A stretch of DNA of 32,000 nucleotides from an uncultured Clostridia bacterium (GTDB taxonomy: Bacteria > Bacillota > Clostridia > Christensenellales > Aristaeellaceae), in NCBI GenBank assembly GCA_934647235.1, contig CAKUFG010000010.1, positions 30,961 through 62,960 of the forward strand, read 5' to 3'. The position numbers and the translations under genes are program-made. The notes beneath the pieces were generated by a model, which was given only the letters and a program-made list of their open reading frames with translations, did not search any database and was not told the DNA's origin. Within the stretch, counting starts at the first letter, position 1. Every line of letters starts with the position of its first letter. Below, in pieces: positions 31,824 through 32,000 of the stretch.

Positions 31824-32000
31824 ATGAAGCGAGGATTGCTGCTGGCATTGCTGGCGCTGCTGATATGCTGCACGGCGGCCTATGCCGAGAATACGGCAGG
31901 GCTGCAGTTCGGCGATACGGGCGATGAGGTGCTTCGCCTGCAAACGCGCCTGAAGGAATTGGAATACTATAACGGCCCGCTCAGCGGCACCTTTGCCGAG
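31824..32000 (+). CDS. Exported protein with an N-terminal peptidoglycan-binding (PG_binding_1) domain. 5' part only; it continues past the right edge.
   Basis: Not in the ORF track. ATG at 31824 after a GAGG Shine-Dalgarno. Signal peptide MKRGLLLALLALLICCTAAYA, then GDTGDEVLRLQTRLKELEYYNGPLSGTF, the typical PGB repeat. Confidence 0.6.
   Translation, partial: MKRGLLLALLALLICCTAAYAENTAGLQFGDTGDEVLRLQTRLKELEYYNGPLSGTFAE

Overview
This is a visibly GC-rich chromosomal segment from an endospore-forming Firmicute, probably Clostridia-like. Almost all of it is core or housekeeping DNA. I found no CRISPR array, transposase, integrase, rRNA or tRNA, and no recognisable defence island. Gene order, left to right: rqcH (partial, -), gerM-like, an insulated Sel1-repeat/NUDIX fusion gene, an SGNH esterase (-), an aldose-1-epimerase-family gene, capA-like, an L,D-transpeptidase, the full spoIIIAA-AH operon, an RseC-like gene plus thioredoxin, RNase J, a YheA/YlbF-family gene, mltG, a U32 peptidase, an uninterrupted sigK, a small orphan gene, an endonuclease-IV-like TIM barrel, a two-kinase operon on the minus strand (FGGY ribulokinase-like plus APH-like), a PhnP-like MBL hydrolase, a livKHMGF-type branched-chain amino-acid ABC operon with putP directly behind it, a DAG/lipid kinase (-), a DUF3343 Se/S-carrier-like gene (-) divergent from a class-V cysteine desulfurase, and a partial peptidoglycan-binding gene. 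The many long ORFs opposite these genes are codon-aligned antisense artefacts of the GC-rich coding sequence. Points worth a second look: (1) an apparently minimised SpoIIIA channel, with a 55-codon SpoIIIAF remnant below the ORF-track cutoff and a short SpoIIIAG; (2) the divergent DUF3343/cysteine-desulfurase pair with a palindromic operator candidate; (3) the Sel1-NUDIX fusion as a self-contained, lower-GC transcription unit; (4) the RseC-like/CMPC-thioredoxin pair; (5) a structured AT-rich rnj leader; (6) two divergent promoter pairs that share a core hexamer; (7) mother-cell sigma-type promoter motifs before gerM, spoIIIAA and sigK. I see no convincing evidence of a wholly new multi-gene system. 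All functional calls rest on motifs read by eye and need database confirmation.
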